Source: Deltaproteobacteria bacterium (GTDB taxonomy: Bacteria > Myxococcota_A > UBA9160 > SMWR01). From it: DNA of 64,000 nt. Below the pieces are notes generated by a model. That model made no database searches and was not told the DNA's origin. It saw only the letters and a program-made list of their open reading frames with translations. The translations under genes were made by a program, and so were the position numbers. The stretch is from assembly GCA_032128115.1 (NCBI GenBank), contig JAQBHB010000040.1, positions 64,001 through 128,000 of the forward strand, in the 5' to 3' direction. Of this stretch, positions 1 through 9,084 are shown in pieces. Within the stretch, counting starts at the first letter, position 1, and every line of letters begins with the position of its first letter.

Positions 1-136
1 TGGTGTCGGTGCGCTTCTCGGCCAGGTTTTCGTTGTCGTCGTAGCGCAGCTCCACCGCCGGACAACGCGCGAGTGCGTCGTTCGGGACCCAGATCGCTAC
101 CAGGGCGACGCCGAGAAGAGCCGCTCTAGACGGCAC
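1..136 (-). CDS. Partial secreted protein (N-terminus only, runs off the window edge)
   Basis: GTG at 136 overlaps the upstream stop; reads MPSRAALLGVALVAIWVPNDALARCPAVELRYDDNENLAEKRTDT with a signal-peptide-like start. Confidence 0.5.
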   Translation of the reverse strand, partial: MPSRAALLGVALVAIWVPNDALARCPAVELRYDDNENLAEKRTDT

Positions 137-1250
137 CGGGATTTCGGAACGTTCCGACCAGCCCGAGCTGCGCGAGGCAGCGGGCTTGATCCGGCAGCGG
201 GGGGAAGGGCGAGGCGGCCTTGAGCGCATCGACGGCGCTCGAGCCCAGGGCGTTGTCGGTGGCCCGTACCAGCTCCACCCGGGAGGCGGAGCCGGCCACG
301 TCGAGTCGAAACTTGAGGGTCACGCTCTGATCCGGCGGGATGCCCGGAGGCAGCTTCCAGCGGTCGAGCATCCGGGTGTGGATGCGCTCCATGTAGGTGC
401 GCACCTCGGGTCGCTCGAAACAGGTGGTGCCGGCCGGACCCGTTCCGGTGCCGCTGCCGCCGGCGCCGTGCAGGAAGCCGTCGCCCACCGCGGTGTCGAC
501 GCTCACGAGAAGCGAGCCCGTGGCAGAGCCGTGGACATCGCGGCTGGTCACGATTCCCTCGCGAACCGACGAGCCGCTGCCAATTTCGAACTTCTCGCTG
601 CTGGATCCGCCGGCCGTGGCCACCGCGACGGCGCGCGGCCCGACGGAGGGACCCACGGGTGCCACCACCTGGGTGGGGCCCCGCAGCACGGGCGAGGCGG
701 CGCCGGTGACGTCCACCGCGGTGGCGCGCGCCACTACCGGCGAATGCACCGCGCTCACGCGTTCCACGGCCACGCTGGAGCGATCGATCTGGCTGGGGGC
801 TGCCGCCGTGTCGAGGGCTTCCATCTCCAGGGCGTCGGCCGTGACGGTGGGCGAGGCAGAGGCCACCACGTGGGGGTTGACCACCTGGGGAGCCACGGCC
901 CGGGACGGCGCGAAATCGAAGGAGCGACGCTCGGCCAGGACCTTGGGAGCCAGGGCGGGCTCCTCCACGACCGGCTCGTTGGGCAGCAGCTGAACGGGGA
1001 TCAGCTCCTGCTCGATTACCGGCGCCAGGCTGGCCAGGAAGATCAGGAGTCCCAGCAGGCCGAAGTGGAGCAAGGCCGCCAGCGAACCCGAGGCGAGCGT
1101 GCGCTTGCCGGTCTCGGGCTCGTGGAACGAGATCGGAAAGTCCAGGGCCGCGGCGCCGCCGGCCCGGGACGTCTGGAAGGCGACTGCGATCCGGCGCGCT
1201 CGAGCGCGCCGTCGCGGAAGTCGGGATCGGATTCGGAATTGCTCATTCAT
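126..1250 (-). CDS. TonB/TolA-family energy transducer (TonB C-terminal domain)
   Basis: TM helix with S..A.LH motif (SLAALLHFGLL), Pro/Ala-rich linker, C-terminal 'WKLP..VTLKFRLDVAG..AVDALKAASPFPPLP'; start set at ATG 1250; divergent from ExbB/ExbD. Confidence 0.8.
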   Translation of the reverse strand: MNEQFRIRSRLPRRRARARRIAVAFQTSRAGGAAALDFPISFHEPETGKRTLASGSLAALLHFGLLGLLIFLASLAPVIEQELIPVQLLPNEPVVEEPALAPKVLAERRSFDFAPSRAVAPQVVNPHVVASASPTVTADALEMEALDTAAAPSQIDRSSVAVERVSAVHSPVVARATAVDVTGAASPVLRGPTQVVAPVGPSVGPRAVAVATAGGSSSEKFEIGSGSSVREGIVTSRDVHGSATGSLLVSVDTAVGDGFLHGAGGSGTGTGPAGTTCFERPEVRTYMERIHTRMLDRWKLPPGIPPDQSVTLKFRLDVAGSASRVELVRATDNALGSSAVDALKAASPFPPLPDQARCLAQLGLVGTFRNPGAV

Positions 1251-1528
1251 GACGGCGCGCCCCGGAGAACCCCCGGGGTCTCCGTCTGTCATCGGTCGAA
1301 ACCCGTGTCAAGAAAACCTCGGCACTCCGGGTAAGGTGCCGGGCTCGATCCGACGAAATGCCTACTGAAAGCACCTCCCCCCTGAATTATCGTAAGTAAG
1401 GCATTTGGGGCCGTCAAACACGACCCAAGTGTGCGGCCGGGGGGCAGGGGATCCGATAACCTGCTGGAAACAGGGCAGGATTCGCTGATGGGGGCGCCGC
1501 CCGAGGGGTGCCCGGGGGGGAGTGAAAC

Positions 1529-2215
1529 TTGGACGCGCAGGCGCTTTTGCAGCTGCTTCAGGCCGGTGGCCTCACCGTCTATCCGCTGGGAGTCGGTTCC
1601 ATCATCGCGGTTGCGATCCTGTTCGAGCGCCTGTGGCGTTTCTCGGGCACCGATCGTCAGACCCGGTTGCTGACCCGAAGCGTGGTCCAGGCGCTGGTCA
1701 AGCGCGATCTGCCGACCGCCCGGGAGCTGTGCAAGAACAGCAAGTCTCCCCTGGGGCGGATCTACCTGGAGGCCATGCGCTGGAAGGACATCGCCGTGGA
1801 GGATCTGGAGCGCGTGCTGGCCACCTCCCGCCAGGAGGCCGCCTCGGACCTGAAGCGCGGCCTCTGGGTGGTGGGCACCATCGGCTCCCTGGCCCCCTAC
1901 GTGGGCCTCTGGGGCACCGTGGTGGGCATCATCCGGGCCTTCCAGGACATGGCCGAGCACGGCGCGGGGGGCTTCGAAGTGGTGGCCGCGGGCATTTCCG
2001 AGGCGCTGGTGGCCACGGCGGCGGGTCTGTTCGTGGCGATTACCGCGCTGATGTTCTTCAACTATCTGCAGGTTCGCGTGGGCGCGATTTCGGGCACCTA
2101 TGCGCGCTCCTGCGAGCGCTTCGTACAGGCGCTGCTGTTCGTCGAGAGCGCGTCCACCTCCAGCCAGGCGGGCGGGGAAGGAGAGGCCAGTGGGCGCCTC
2201 GTTCCGGCCAGCTGA
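1529..2215 (+). CDS. MotA/TolQ/ExbB proton channel protein
   Basis: Motifs 'TIGSLAPYVGLWGTVVGIIRAF' and 'GISEALVATAAGLFVAI'. Confidence 0.92.
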   Translation: MDAQALLQLLQAGGLTVYPLGVGSIIAVAILFERLWRFSGTDRQTRLLTRSVVQALVKRDLPTARELCKNSKSPLGRIYLEAMRWKDIAVEDLERVLATSRQEAASDLKRGLWVVGTIGSLAPYVGLWGTVVGIIRAFQDMAEHGAGGFEVVAAGISEALVATAAGLFVAITALMFFNYLQVRVGAISGTYARSCERFVQALLFVESASTSSQAGGEGEASGRLVPAS

Positions 2216-2621
2216 CGAAGAGAACCCCGAAGAGGGGATCGTCGCCGAGATCAACATCACACCCCTCACGGACGTGTTCCTGGTGCTGCTGATCATCTTC
2301 ATGGTCACCACGTCGGTGGTGGCGAGCCAGGGCAAGCAGGTGGATCTGCCTGGCGCCGAGGTGAGCGACGTTACGCCCAAGGGCGTGACCGTCACGGTTT
2401 TGCCGGATGGTTCCGTGCTGGTGAACGACGTGCCCAGCAGCGAGGCCACGCTCTTCGCCGATCTGGAGACGGCCCTGGCCGACTCGCGCGAGAAGCTCGT
2501 GATCCTGCGCGGTGACAAGAACGTGCTGCTGGGCCAGGCGGTCAACATCCTGGATCTGGCGCAGCAGGCCGGCGCCACCGGAATCGCGCTGGCCACCAGG
2601 CCACCTGCCCCAGAGAACTAA
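2190..2621 (+). CDS. ExbD/TolR biopolymer transport protein
   Basis: 'EINITPLTDVFLVLLIIFMV' and 'VILRGDK'; GTG 2190 follows a GGAGAGG RBS. Confidence 0.92.
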   Translation: MGASFRPADEENPEEGIVAEINITPLTDVFLVLLIIFMVTTSVVASQGKQVDLPGAEVSDVTPKGVTVTVLPDGSVLVNDVPSSEATLFADLETALADSREKLVILRGDKNVLLGQAVNILDLAQQAGATGIALATRPPAPEN

Positions 2622-4138
2622 CGTTGCCGGCGGAGCCAGGCTGTGGCGCCGGCGATCAGCAGCAGCTCCGGAACCAGCAGGCCCACTCCGTAGAAGGCGA
2701 GCAGGCTGTTCTGCACGGGCAGCGGAAACTGGAGCGTGGCGCGAATCTTCGGGCGAATCGTGATGTTCGACTCGCGCTCCACTGCCCAATGCACGCTGTT
2801 CAGGATCAGATCCAGATTGTAGAGGGTGCGCAGGTAGCGATTGGTCGCGAAATCGCTGTCGCCGAAGACCGCGATCCGGGTCTCGCCGTTCTCGCGTGGG
2901 TAGCGCCCTGCGGCGGCGATGTAGCGGTAGCCCTCTGGCTCGCCCGCGTGCGCAACGGCCCCGTCGCGCTGGTCGAGAACCGAGATGTCCTCGCTCAGCC
3001 AGGCGCCGGGACTCGACCACACCACCGCCTCCACCCGCGCCCCGTCGCCAGGGGATCGGGGCGTCAGCGGGCGCACACCCGGGAAGAAGGTCATGCGGTT
3101 GGGATCGAGGCCGGCCGTGGTGGGATGGGTGGCGTAGTTGTAGGCCACGATGTTGATGCCCTCGGCCGAGGACTCGATGCGGCCCGACGCGGGATCGATG
3201 AGCACCGCGTTCGGGGTCTCGATGCCGAATTCCGCCAACAGGGCTTCGACGCCGGTTTCCACGCCGGGTTCCAGCAGCGCCACGAGCCGACCGCCGCCGT
3301 CCAGGTAGCGGCGCAGGGCATCGATCGCCGTGTCGCGCAGGCGGCGGCGGGGTGAGAGCAGCAGCACCGCGGCCGTGTCTTCGGGGATGTCGGTCCGGGA
3401 GGCCGAGACCACGCTGCGGAGCCGGAAACCCTCGGTAGCAAGCGCCGTGGCCAGACCCGAGAAGCCCAGGGCGTCCTCGCCCAGGGGATCGCCCTCGCCG
3501 TCGCCGCGCAGCAGGGTCAGCACGCCACTCTGCAGCGAGCGCAGGCGGTAGAGGGCTTCGTAGAGGTTTCCCTCGCCGGGGCGCTCGATGGTTTCGAAGC
3601 GATCCCCAAGCTCGAGGACCACGCTGTTCGAGGTGCCGATGGCGTAGCGCGCCTCGTCTTCGGGCGACTCGTCGAGCCAGCGCTCGGCCACTTCCAGGGG
3701 GCACACCCTCGCCAGCTGCTGCAGCAACAATTGCGTGCGCCGGATGCGCGGATCGCCCTCGGCTCGGTAGAGCGTGCCGGTGAGCCGCTGGCCCCCGCTC
3801 TCGAGGGCCTGGCAGGCGTCGCGGGTGGCCTGCGAGATCTCGAAGCTCCCTTCGCCCGTCCAGTCGAAGGCGACGCCCGAGTGGGCCACGGCCCGTTCCA
3901 GGGCAGCGGCCACGAGCACGGCCAGGGCGATCCCCAGCAGGCCGCGGGTCAGCACGCGGCGCGCATGGGGCCCGCCGAGTCCGCGCAGGCGCAGGACTCC
4001 ACGGGCCAGGGCAATCGCCAGGGCCACGACCCCGAGCGTCAGGTTGGCAATTCCGAAGGCTCCGAAGTGGTCGGTCAGGTAGTAGGAGCCGATGCCGAAG
4101 GTCACGGCGATCAACCCGGCGGCGGCCAGCGCGCGCAT
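2618..4138 (-). CDS. GldG-like ABC transporter auxiliary/substrate-binding component
   Basis: N-terminal TMs, 'FDWT...S.S..T', 'G.GE', 'IAVFGDSDF..N...N.DL..N..HW', C-terminal TM; ATG 4138 overlaps the upstream TGA. Confidence 0.8.
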   Translation of the reverse strand: MRALAAAGLIAVTFGIGSYYLTDHFGAFGIANLTLGVVALAIALARGVLRLRGLGGPHARRVLTRGLLGIALAVLVAAALERAVAHSGVAFDWTGEGSFEISQATRDACQALESGGQRLTGTLYRAEGDPRIRRTQLLLQQLARVCPLEVAERWLDESPEDEARYAIGTSNSVVLELGDRFETIERPGEGNLYEALYRLRSLQSGVLTLLRGDGEGDPLGEDALGFSGLATALATEGFRLRSVVSASRTDIPEDTAAVLLLSPRRRLRDTAIDALRRYLDGGGRLVALLEPGVETGVEALLAEFGIETPNAVLIDPASGRIESSAEGINIVAYNYATHPTTAGLDPNRMTFFPGVRPLTPRSPGDGARVEAVVWSSPGAWLSEDISVLDQRDGAVAHAGEPEGYRYIAAAGRYPRENGETRIAVFGDSDFATNRYLRTLYNLDLILNSVHWAVERESNITIRPKIRATLQFPLPVQNSLLAFYGVGLLVPELLLIAGATAWLRRQR

Positions 4139-4929
4139 CAGCCGCTCACCCGGCGCAGGTCGAACGAGAAGCGGGCCATTGCCAGCGACACCAGCACGAC
4201 GCCGGCGAAGTAGGCCACGTTGGCCAGCGACACGATGCCCTCGGCGAAGCTGCCGTATCGCAAGTGCAGCGAGATCGCGTCCAGGAAACCCGCCAACCCC
4301 TCGCCCACGAACGGCTGTACCCACGCGAAATCCCACAGCACGAAGGCCAGGGCCCAGGCCGAGACGGCGGCCACCAGCTGGCTCGAGGTATAGGCCGAGC
4401 AGACGAGCCCGAGGGAGGCCAGGGCGATGCCGTGCAGGGTGAGGCCCATGAAGACCGAGCCCAGGTGCTCGAGGCCCAGCCCGCCGCGCTCGATGGCGGT
4501 GGCCGGATACACGAAGGCAACCAACATCATCAGCATCACGAATCCGAAGGTGACGGCGAATTTGCCAAGCACGATCTGGGTGGGTGTCAGCCCCGTGGCC
4601 ACCAACAGTTCATCGGTGCCGCGGGCGCGTTCTTCGGCGAACACCCGCATGCTGATCAAGGGCACCGCCCCGATCAGCAGCATGCCCAGCGTCTCCATCA
4701 CGGGAAAGAAGACCGTGTCCCACAGATTGATGTAGTCCGGGATCTCGTCGCTGCTGAACCCGCCCATGGTGGTACTGGAGTACAGGAACAGGATCTGGTT
4801 GTAGATCCGCAGGTGGTCGAAGAACACGAGGGCCGTTACTGCCGCCACAGCCGTGAGCACCACGTAGGCAGTGGGTTGCGCGAACAGGCTCGAAAACTCC
4901 TTTCGCATCAGGGCGAACAGGCCCGTCAT
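4138..4929 (-). CDS. ABC transporter permease (GldF-like)
   Basis: 'KEFSSLF..P.AY', 'MRVFAEERARGTDELL', 'IVLGKF'; about 6 TM helices. Confidence 0.85.
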   Translation of the reverse strand: MTGLFALMRKEFSSLFAQPTAYVVLTAVAAVTALVFFDHLRIYNQILFLYSSTTMGGFSSDEIPDYINLWDTVFFPVMETLGMLLIGAVPLISMRVFAEERARGTDELLVATGLTPTQIVLGKFAVTFGFVMLMMLVAFVYPATAIERGGLGLEHLGSVFMGLTLHGIALASLGLVCSAYTSSQLVAAVSAWALAFVLWDFAWVQPFVGEGLAGFLDAISLHLRYGSFAEGIVSLANVAYFAGVVLVSLAMARFSFDLRRVSG

Positions 4930-5672
4930 GATGGGGTTTCCGCGCCCATGCGGAACAGCTCGAGCACGTCGTCGCGCCCCAGGATGTCGCGCGTGCCGCC
5001 CTCGGCCACCAGCTGCCCCTGGCTCAGGACGGCAGTGCGGGTGGTGAGGCGCTCGGCTTCACGCAGGTCGTGGGTGCACAGGATCACGGTGCGGGCGCCG
5101 CCCAGGGAGCCCAGGATCTCCTGCACATCGTTGCGTTGCACCGGGTCGAGACCTCCGGTGGGCTCGTCCACGATCACCAGGTCCGGGTCATGCAGGAAGC
5201 CCTGGGCCAGGGAGACGCGCTGCTGGAAGCCCTTGGAGAGGTTTCCGATCGGGCGGTCCGCAACGGATTCGAGCGCGAATCGGCCCACTTCGCGGTCGAT
5301 GGCCCGGCCCAGGTCGGGGCCCCGCAGACCTCGGGCGCCGCCGATGAAACGCAGGAATGCCATCACCCGCAGCTCCGGGTAGAGGCGCGAGGTCTCCATC
5401 ACCAGGCCCAGCCGCGATTGCACGCGGGTGGGGTCGCTGGCCGGCGAGATGCCGTCGACCGTGATCTGGCCCGTGCTCGGCAGCAGGCAGCCGCTCACGA
5501 TGCGGATCAGGGTGGTCTTGCCGGCGCCGTTGGCGCCCAGCAGGCCGAAGCTCTCGCCCGGTTTGATGTCCAGGCTCACCCCGGCGAGGGCCAGGTGGTT
5601 GCCGAAGCGTCGCGTGACGTCGCGCGCTTCCACCCGTGCGCCCCTTGCGGGGCTCGTGCCGGGCTGGCTCAA
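4926..5672 (-). CDS. ABC transporter ATP-binding protein (GldA-like)
   Basis: Walker A GANGAGKT, signature LSKGFQQR, Walker B IVDEPT, H-loop. Confidence 0.92.
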   Translation of the reverse strand: MSQPGTSPARGARVEARDVTRRFGNHLALAGVSLDIKPGESFGLLGANGAGKTTLIRIVSGCLLPSTGQITVDGISPASDPTRVQSRLGLVMETSRLYPELRVMAFLRFIGGARGLRGPDLGRAIDREVGRFALESVADRPIGNLSKGFQQRVSLAQGFLHDPDLVIVDEPTGGLDPVQRNDVQEILGSLGGARTVILCTHDLREAERLTTRTAVLSQGQLVAEGGTRDILGRDDVLELFRMGAETPS

Positions 5673-5713
5673 TTCCCGACTCCGCTTGCCGATGATTCCA
5701 ATCTCACTAGCTT

Positions 5714-5959
5714 ATGGCCGTGATCGACCACCGACCTGCGAACGGCGGCGGCTCCTGCCGGCGTTGCCTCGGCCGCCTGGGGCTCGACGCCCCCCGCGCC
5801 GACGGCGTCTGGTATTGCAGCACCGCGTGTGCCGAGGGCTACAGCCAGACCGGCCCGCGAGAGGCCGGGGTGCCCGAGCACTGGCTCTACAACCGCCCGC
5901 GTCGATTCTTCCGCAAGCGGCGGCCCAAGGAACTCACGACCGGCTCTTCCGACCGGTAG
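5714..5959 (+). CDS. Small Cys-rich putative Zn-binding protein
   Basis: CRRC...GVWYCSTACAEG motif; fills the gap between the ABC ATPase and aroA. Confidence 0.6.
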   Translation: MAVIDHRPANGGGSCRRCLGRLGLDAPRADGVWYCSTACAEGYSQTGPREAGVPEHWLYNRPRRFFRKRRPKELTTGSSDR

Positions 5960-5990
5960 TCGCAACACGCCGTTTCTCCCTGTCCGTACT

Positions 5991-7271
5991 CTACAGACGC
6001 TCGAGAGCCGAAAAGTACTCGGGCCACGTCTTGGTGACGCAGGCTGGGTTGCGGATCACGACCCCCTCCACACGCAGGCCCGCCAGGGCGAAGGCCATGG
6101 CCATGCGGTGGTCATCGTAGGTATCGATCTCGGCACCGTGCAGCTTGCCGGGCTCGATGACCAGCGAGTCCAGCGTGGCGCGCGCGGTCGCGCCCAGCTT
6201 GCGGATCTCGGTTTCGAGGGCCAGCAGGCGATTCGATTCCTTGATGCGCAGGTTGGCCACATTGCGGATGGTGCTGGTGCCGCCCGCGAACAGGGCCACC
6301 ACGGCCAGGGCCAGCACGGCGTCGGGCATGTCGTTCATGTCCACGTCCACGGGGATCAGGCGCCCCACGGGCCCGCGCACTTCCACGTGGTTCGGGCCCC
6401 GGCTCACCTGGCAGCCCATGCGCTCGAGGATTTCCAGCAACGCCAGGTCGGCCTGGATCGAGTTGCGGGGAATGTCGTCGACCCGTATGCGACCGCCTCC
6501 GATGGCAGCAGCACAGAATGCGTAGGCCGCGGACGAGGCGTCGGGCTCGATCCGGTAGGGCCGTCCCTGATACGGGTGCACCCGGCTCACCCGGTAGGCT
6601 CCGTCGCGGCGCTCGGTGACCTTGGCCCCGAATTCGCGCATGACGCTGAGGGTGAGGTCTACATAGGGCCGCGAGACCAGGATGCCGTCCAGGGGCTTCA
6701 GGATCACGTCGCGCGCCGCATAGGGCGCCGCCAACAGGATTGCGGAGACGAACTGACTGGAGCGGCTGGCGTCGACCTCCACGAACCCCCCCGCGATGCC
6801 GCCGCCGTGCACGCGTACGGGCGGGCAGCCGTTCTCGCCCAGGATCTCGACCCTGGCGCCCAGTTCGGCCAGGGCATTCACCAGCTCGTTGATGGGGCGC
6901 TCGCGCATTCGCTCGTTGCCGTCGATCACCACGGGCCCCTCACCGAGCGCGGCCGCCGCTGTGAGGAAGCGGGCGGTGGTGCCGGAGCCGTGGGTGTCCA
7001 GGGCAGCCGGCGATCGGCGCAGGCGTCCGTTGCGACCCTTGACGAACCAGGCGCCGCCCGAGTGGAGATCGATCTCGCAGCCCATGGCACTCAGGGCGTC
7101 GAGCATGGCAGCGGTGTCGTCGCTGGTGAGAGCGCCGTATAGCTCGCTTGCGCCGTTGGCCAGAGCCGCGATCAGGAGCGCGCGGTTCGTGATGCTCTTG
7201 GAGCCCGGCACCCGGAGCGAAGTATCGAAGGCTCCTCGCGGTTTGATGGTGATGGTGTCCCGATGGTTCAA
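5991..7271 (-). CDS. aroA: 3-phosphoshikimate 1-carboxyvinyltransferase (EPSP synthase)
   Basis: PGSKSITNRAL, SSQFVSA, LRIKESNR, DDHRMAM, CVTKTWP; start taken at TTG 7271. Confidence 0.95.
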   Translation of the reverse strand: MNHRDTITIKPRGAFDTSLRVPGSKSITNRALLIAALANGASELYGALTSDDTAAMLDALSAMGCEIDLHSGGAWFVKGRNGRLRRSPAALDTHGSGTTARFLTAAAALGEGPVVIDGNERMRERPINELVNALAELGARVEILGENGCPPVRVHGGGIAGGFVEVDASRSSQFVSAILLAAPYAARDVILKPLDGILVSRPYVDLTLSVMREFGAKVTERRDGAYRVSRVHPYQGRPYRIEPDASSAAYAFCAAAIGGGRIRVDDIPRNSIQADLALLEILERMGCQVSRGPNHVEVRGPVGRLIPVDVDMNDMPDAVLALAVVALFAGGTSTIRNVANLRIKESNRLLALETEIRKLGATARATLDSLVIEPGKLHGAEIDTYDDHRMAMAFALAGLRVEGVVIRNPACVTKTWPEYFSALERL

Positions 7272-7407
7272 TCGCCGCCTCCCGATGCCGAGGCGGAATG
7301 TACAGGCTTCCGGTACGTTGACACTCCCAGGGGGCTTCGGCACAATCGCCGCCCGGTGCGTATTTTCTCAATGTACACAGGGGCTTAGCCCGCCCTCGCG
7401 GGGTCCG

Positions 7408-7467
7408 CGTGGCGGACCCGGTGGCGGACCCGGTGGCGGACTCGGTAACGGACTCGGTAACGGACTC
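7408..7467. repeat. 12-bp tandem repeat, 5 copies (GGTGGCGGACCC grading to GGTAACGGACTC)
   Basis: Seen directly in the aroA/serA divergent intergenic region. Confidence 0.9.
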
Positions 7468-7497
7468 GAACAGGGAGCGGGAACGGAGAGCGGGATC

Positions 7498-9084
7498 GTG
7501 GCCAAGGTACTCGTGACTGACGCGCTGGCCGATCAGGGGCTGGCGATCCTGGAACAGAGCGCAGGCCTCGAGGTGGACTATCGCCCGGGGCTCTCGCCGG
7601 GCGAATTGCTCGAGGCGATCGTCGACGCCGAGGGACTGGTGATCCGAAGCGGCAGCAAGATCACCGCCGACGTGATCGCGGCCGGGGAAAAGCTTCGCGT
7701 GATTGGTCGCGCGGGGATCGGCGTCGACAACGTGGACGTCCCGGCAGCCACCGCGCGCGGCATCGCCGTGATGAACACACCCGGCGGCAACAACATCACC
7801 ACTGCCGAGCACGCCATCGCGTTGCTGATCTCGCTGGCGCGACACATTCCCCAGGCCACGGCTTCCATGAAGAGCGGGCGCTGGGAAAAGAAGCGCTTCA
7901 TGGGCATGGAACTCTACAACCGCACGTTGGGTGTGCTGGGCCTGGGCAACATTGGACGCATCGTCGCAACGCGCGGTCGCGGTCTCGGCATGAAGGTGAT
8001 CGCATACGATCCGTTCATTTCGGACGCGGCGGCGGCCAAGCTCGACGTGGAGCGAGTGTCGCTCGACGACCTGCTGGCCCGGTCCGATGTGATCTCGGTG
8101 CACGTGCCCCGGACCAAAGACACGGCCGGTATGCTGGGTGCGCGGGCGTTCTCGAAGGTTCGCCCGGGGGTGCTGCTGGTCAACGCCTCCCGCGGCGGAA
8201 TCGTCGACGAAGCGGCGCTGCTCGAGGCGCTCAACGATGGCCGCGTGGGCGGCGCCGCCCTGGACGTCTTCGACCAGGAGCCTCCGCGCGCGGATCACCC
8301 GCTGGTGCATCACGACCGGGTGATCTGCACGCCCCACCTGGGGGCCTCCACCGAGCAGGCCCAGGTCAACGTCTCGATTGCCGTGGCGGAGCAGGTGCGC
8401 GACTACCTGATATCGGGGCTGATCGGCAATGCGGTGAATGTGCCCTCGATCTCCCGCGAGCTGCTCACGCGGATGCGCCCCTACCTGGAGCTGGGCGAGA
8501 AGCTGGGGCGCTTCCAGGGGCAGCTGTGCGTGGGCGCCATCGACCAGATCGAGATCGAGTACTCGGGCGAGGCCGCCGAGATGGACGTGACCCCCATTAC
8601 CGTCTCCGTGCTCAAGGGCCTGCTCGAGTCCGTGACCGATCAAGTCAACATGGTCAACGCCCCGTTGATTGCCCAGGAGCACGGGATCAAGGTGATCGAG
8701 TCGAAGTCCAGTCGCAGCCTCGACTTCGCCAGTGCCGTCTCCACGCGGGTCACCGGCTGCCAGGACCGCATGATCGTGGGTGCGATCTTCCACGGCGGGC
8801 AGCCTCGCATCGTGCGCATCGACGACTTCATGCTCGAAGCGATTCCCGAGGGCCCGACCCTGCTGCTGCTGAACCACGACCAGCCCGGCGTGGTGGGCAG
8901 CGTGGGCACGGTGCTTGGAGAGGCAGGGCTCAACATCTCGCGCATGCAGCTGGCGCTGGTACCCGAGCGCAACGAGGCCGCGATGCTCGTAAACGTGGGT
9001 CGCATGCCCGACGAGGCCGCGCTGGAGCGGCTGCGGCAGCTGCCTCATGTGATCTCGGCGCAGCTGGTGGACCTGGGACCGTGA
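7498..9084 (+). CDS. serA: D-3-phosphoglycerate dehydrogenase with C-terminal ACT domain
   Basis: GRAGIGVDNVD, GLGNIG, TPHLGAST, ACT 'NHDQPGVVG'; GTG 7498 follows a GGAG RBS. Confidence 0.96.
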   Translation: MAKVLVTDALADQGLAILEQSAGLEVDYRPGLSPGELLEAIVDAEGLVIRSGSKITADVIAAGEKLRVIGRAGIGVDNVDVPAATARGIAVMNTPGGNNITTAEHAIALLISLARHIPQATASMKSGRWEKKRFMGMELYNRTLGVLGLGNIGRIVATRGRGLGMKVIAYDPFISDAAAAKLDVERVSLDDLLARSDVISVHVPRTKDTAGMLGARAFSKVRPGVLLVNASRGGIVDEAALLEALNDGRVGGAALDVFDQEPPRADHPLVHHDRVICTPHLGASTEQAQVNVSIAVAEQVRDYLISGLIGNAVNVPSISRELLTRMRPYLELGEKLGRFQGQLCVGAIDQIEIEYSGEAAEMDVTPITVSVLKGLLESVTDQVNMVNAPLIAQEHGIKVIESKSSRSLDFASAVSTRVTGCQDRMIVGAIFHGGQPRIVRIDDFMLEAIPEGPTLLLLNHDQPGVVGSVGTVLGEAGLNISRMQLALVPERNEAAMLVNVGRMPDEAALERLRQLPHVISAQLVDLGP

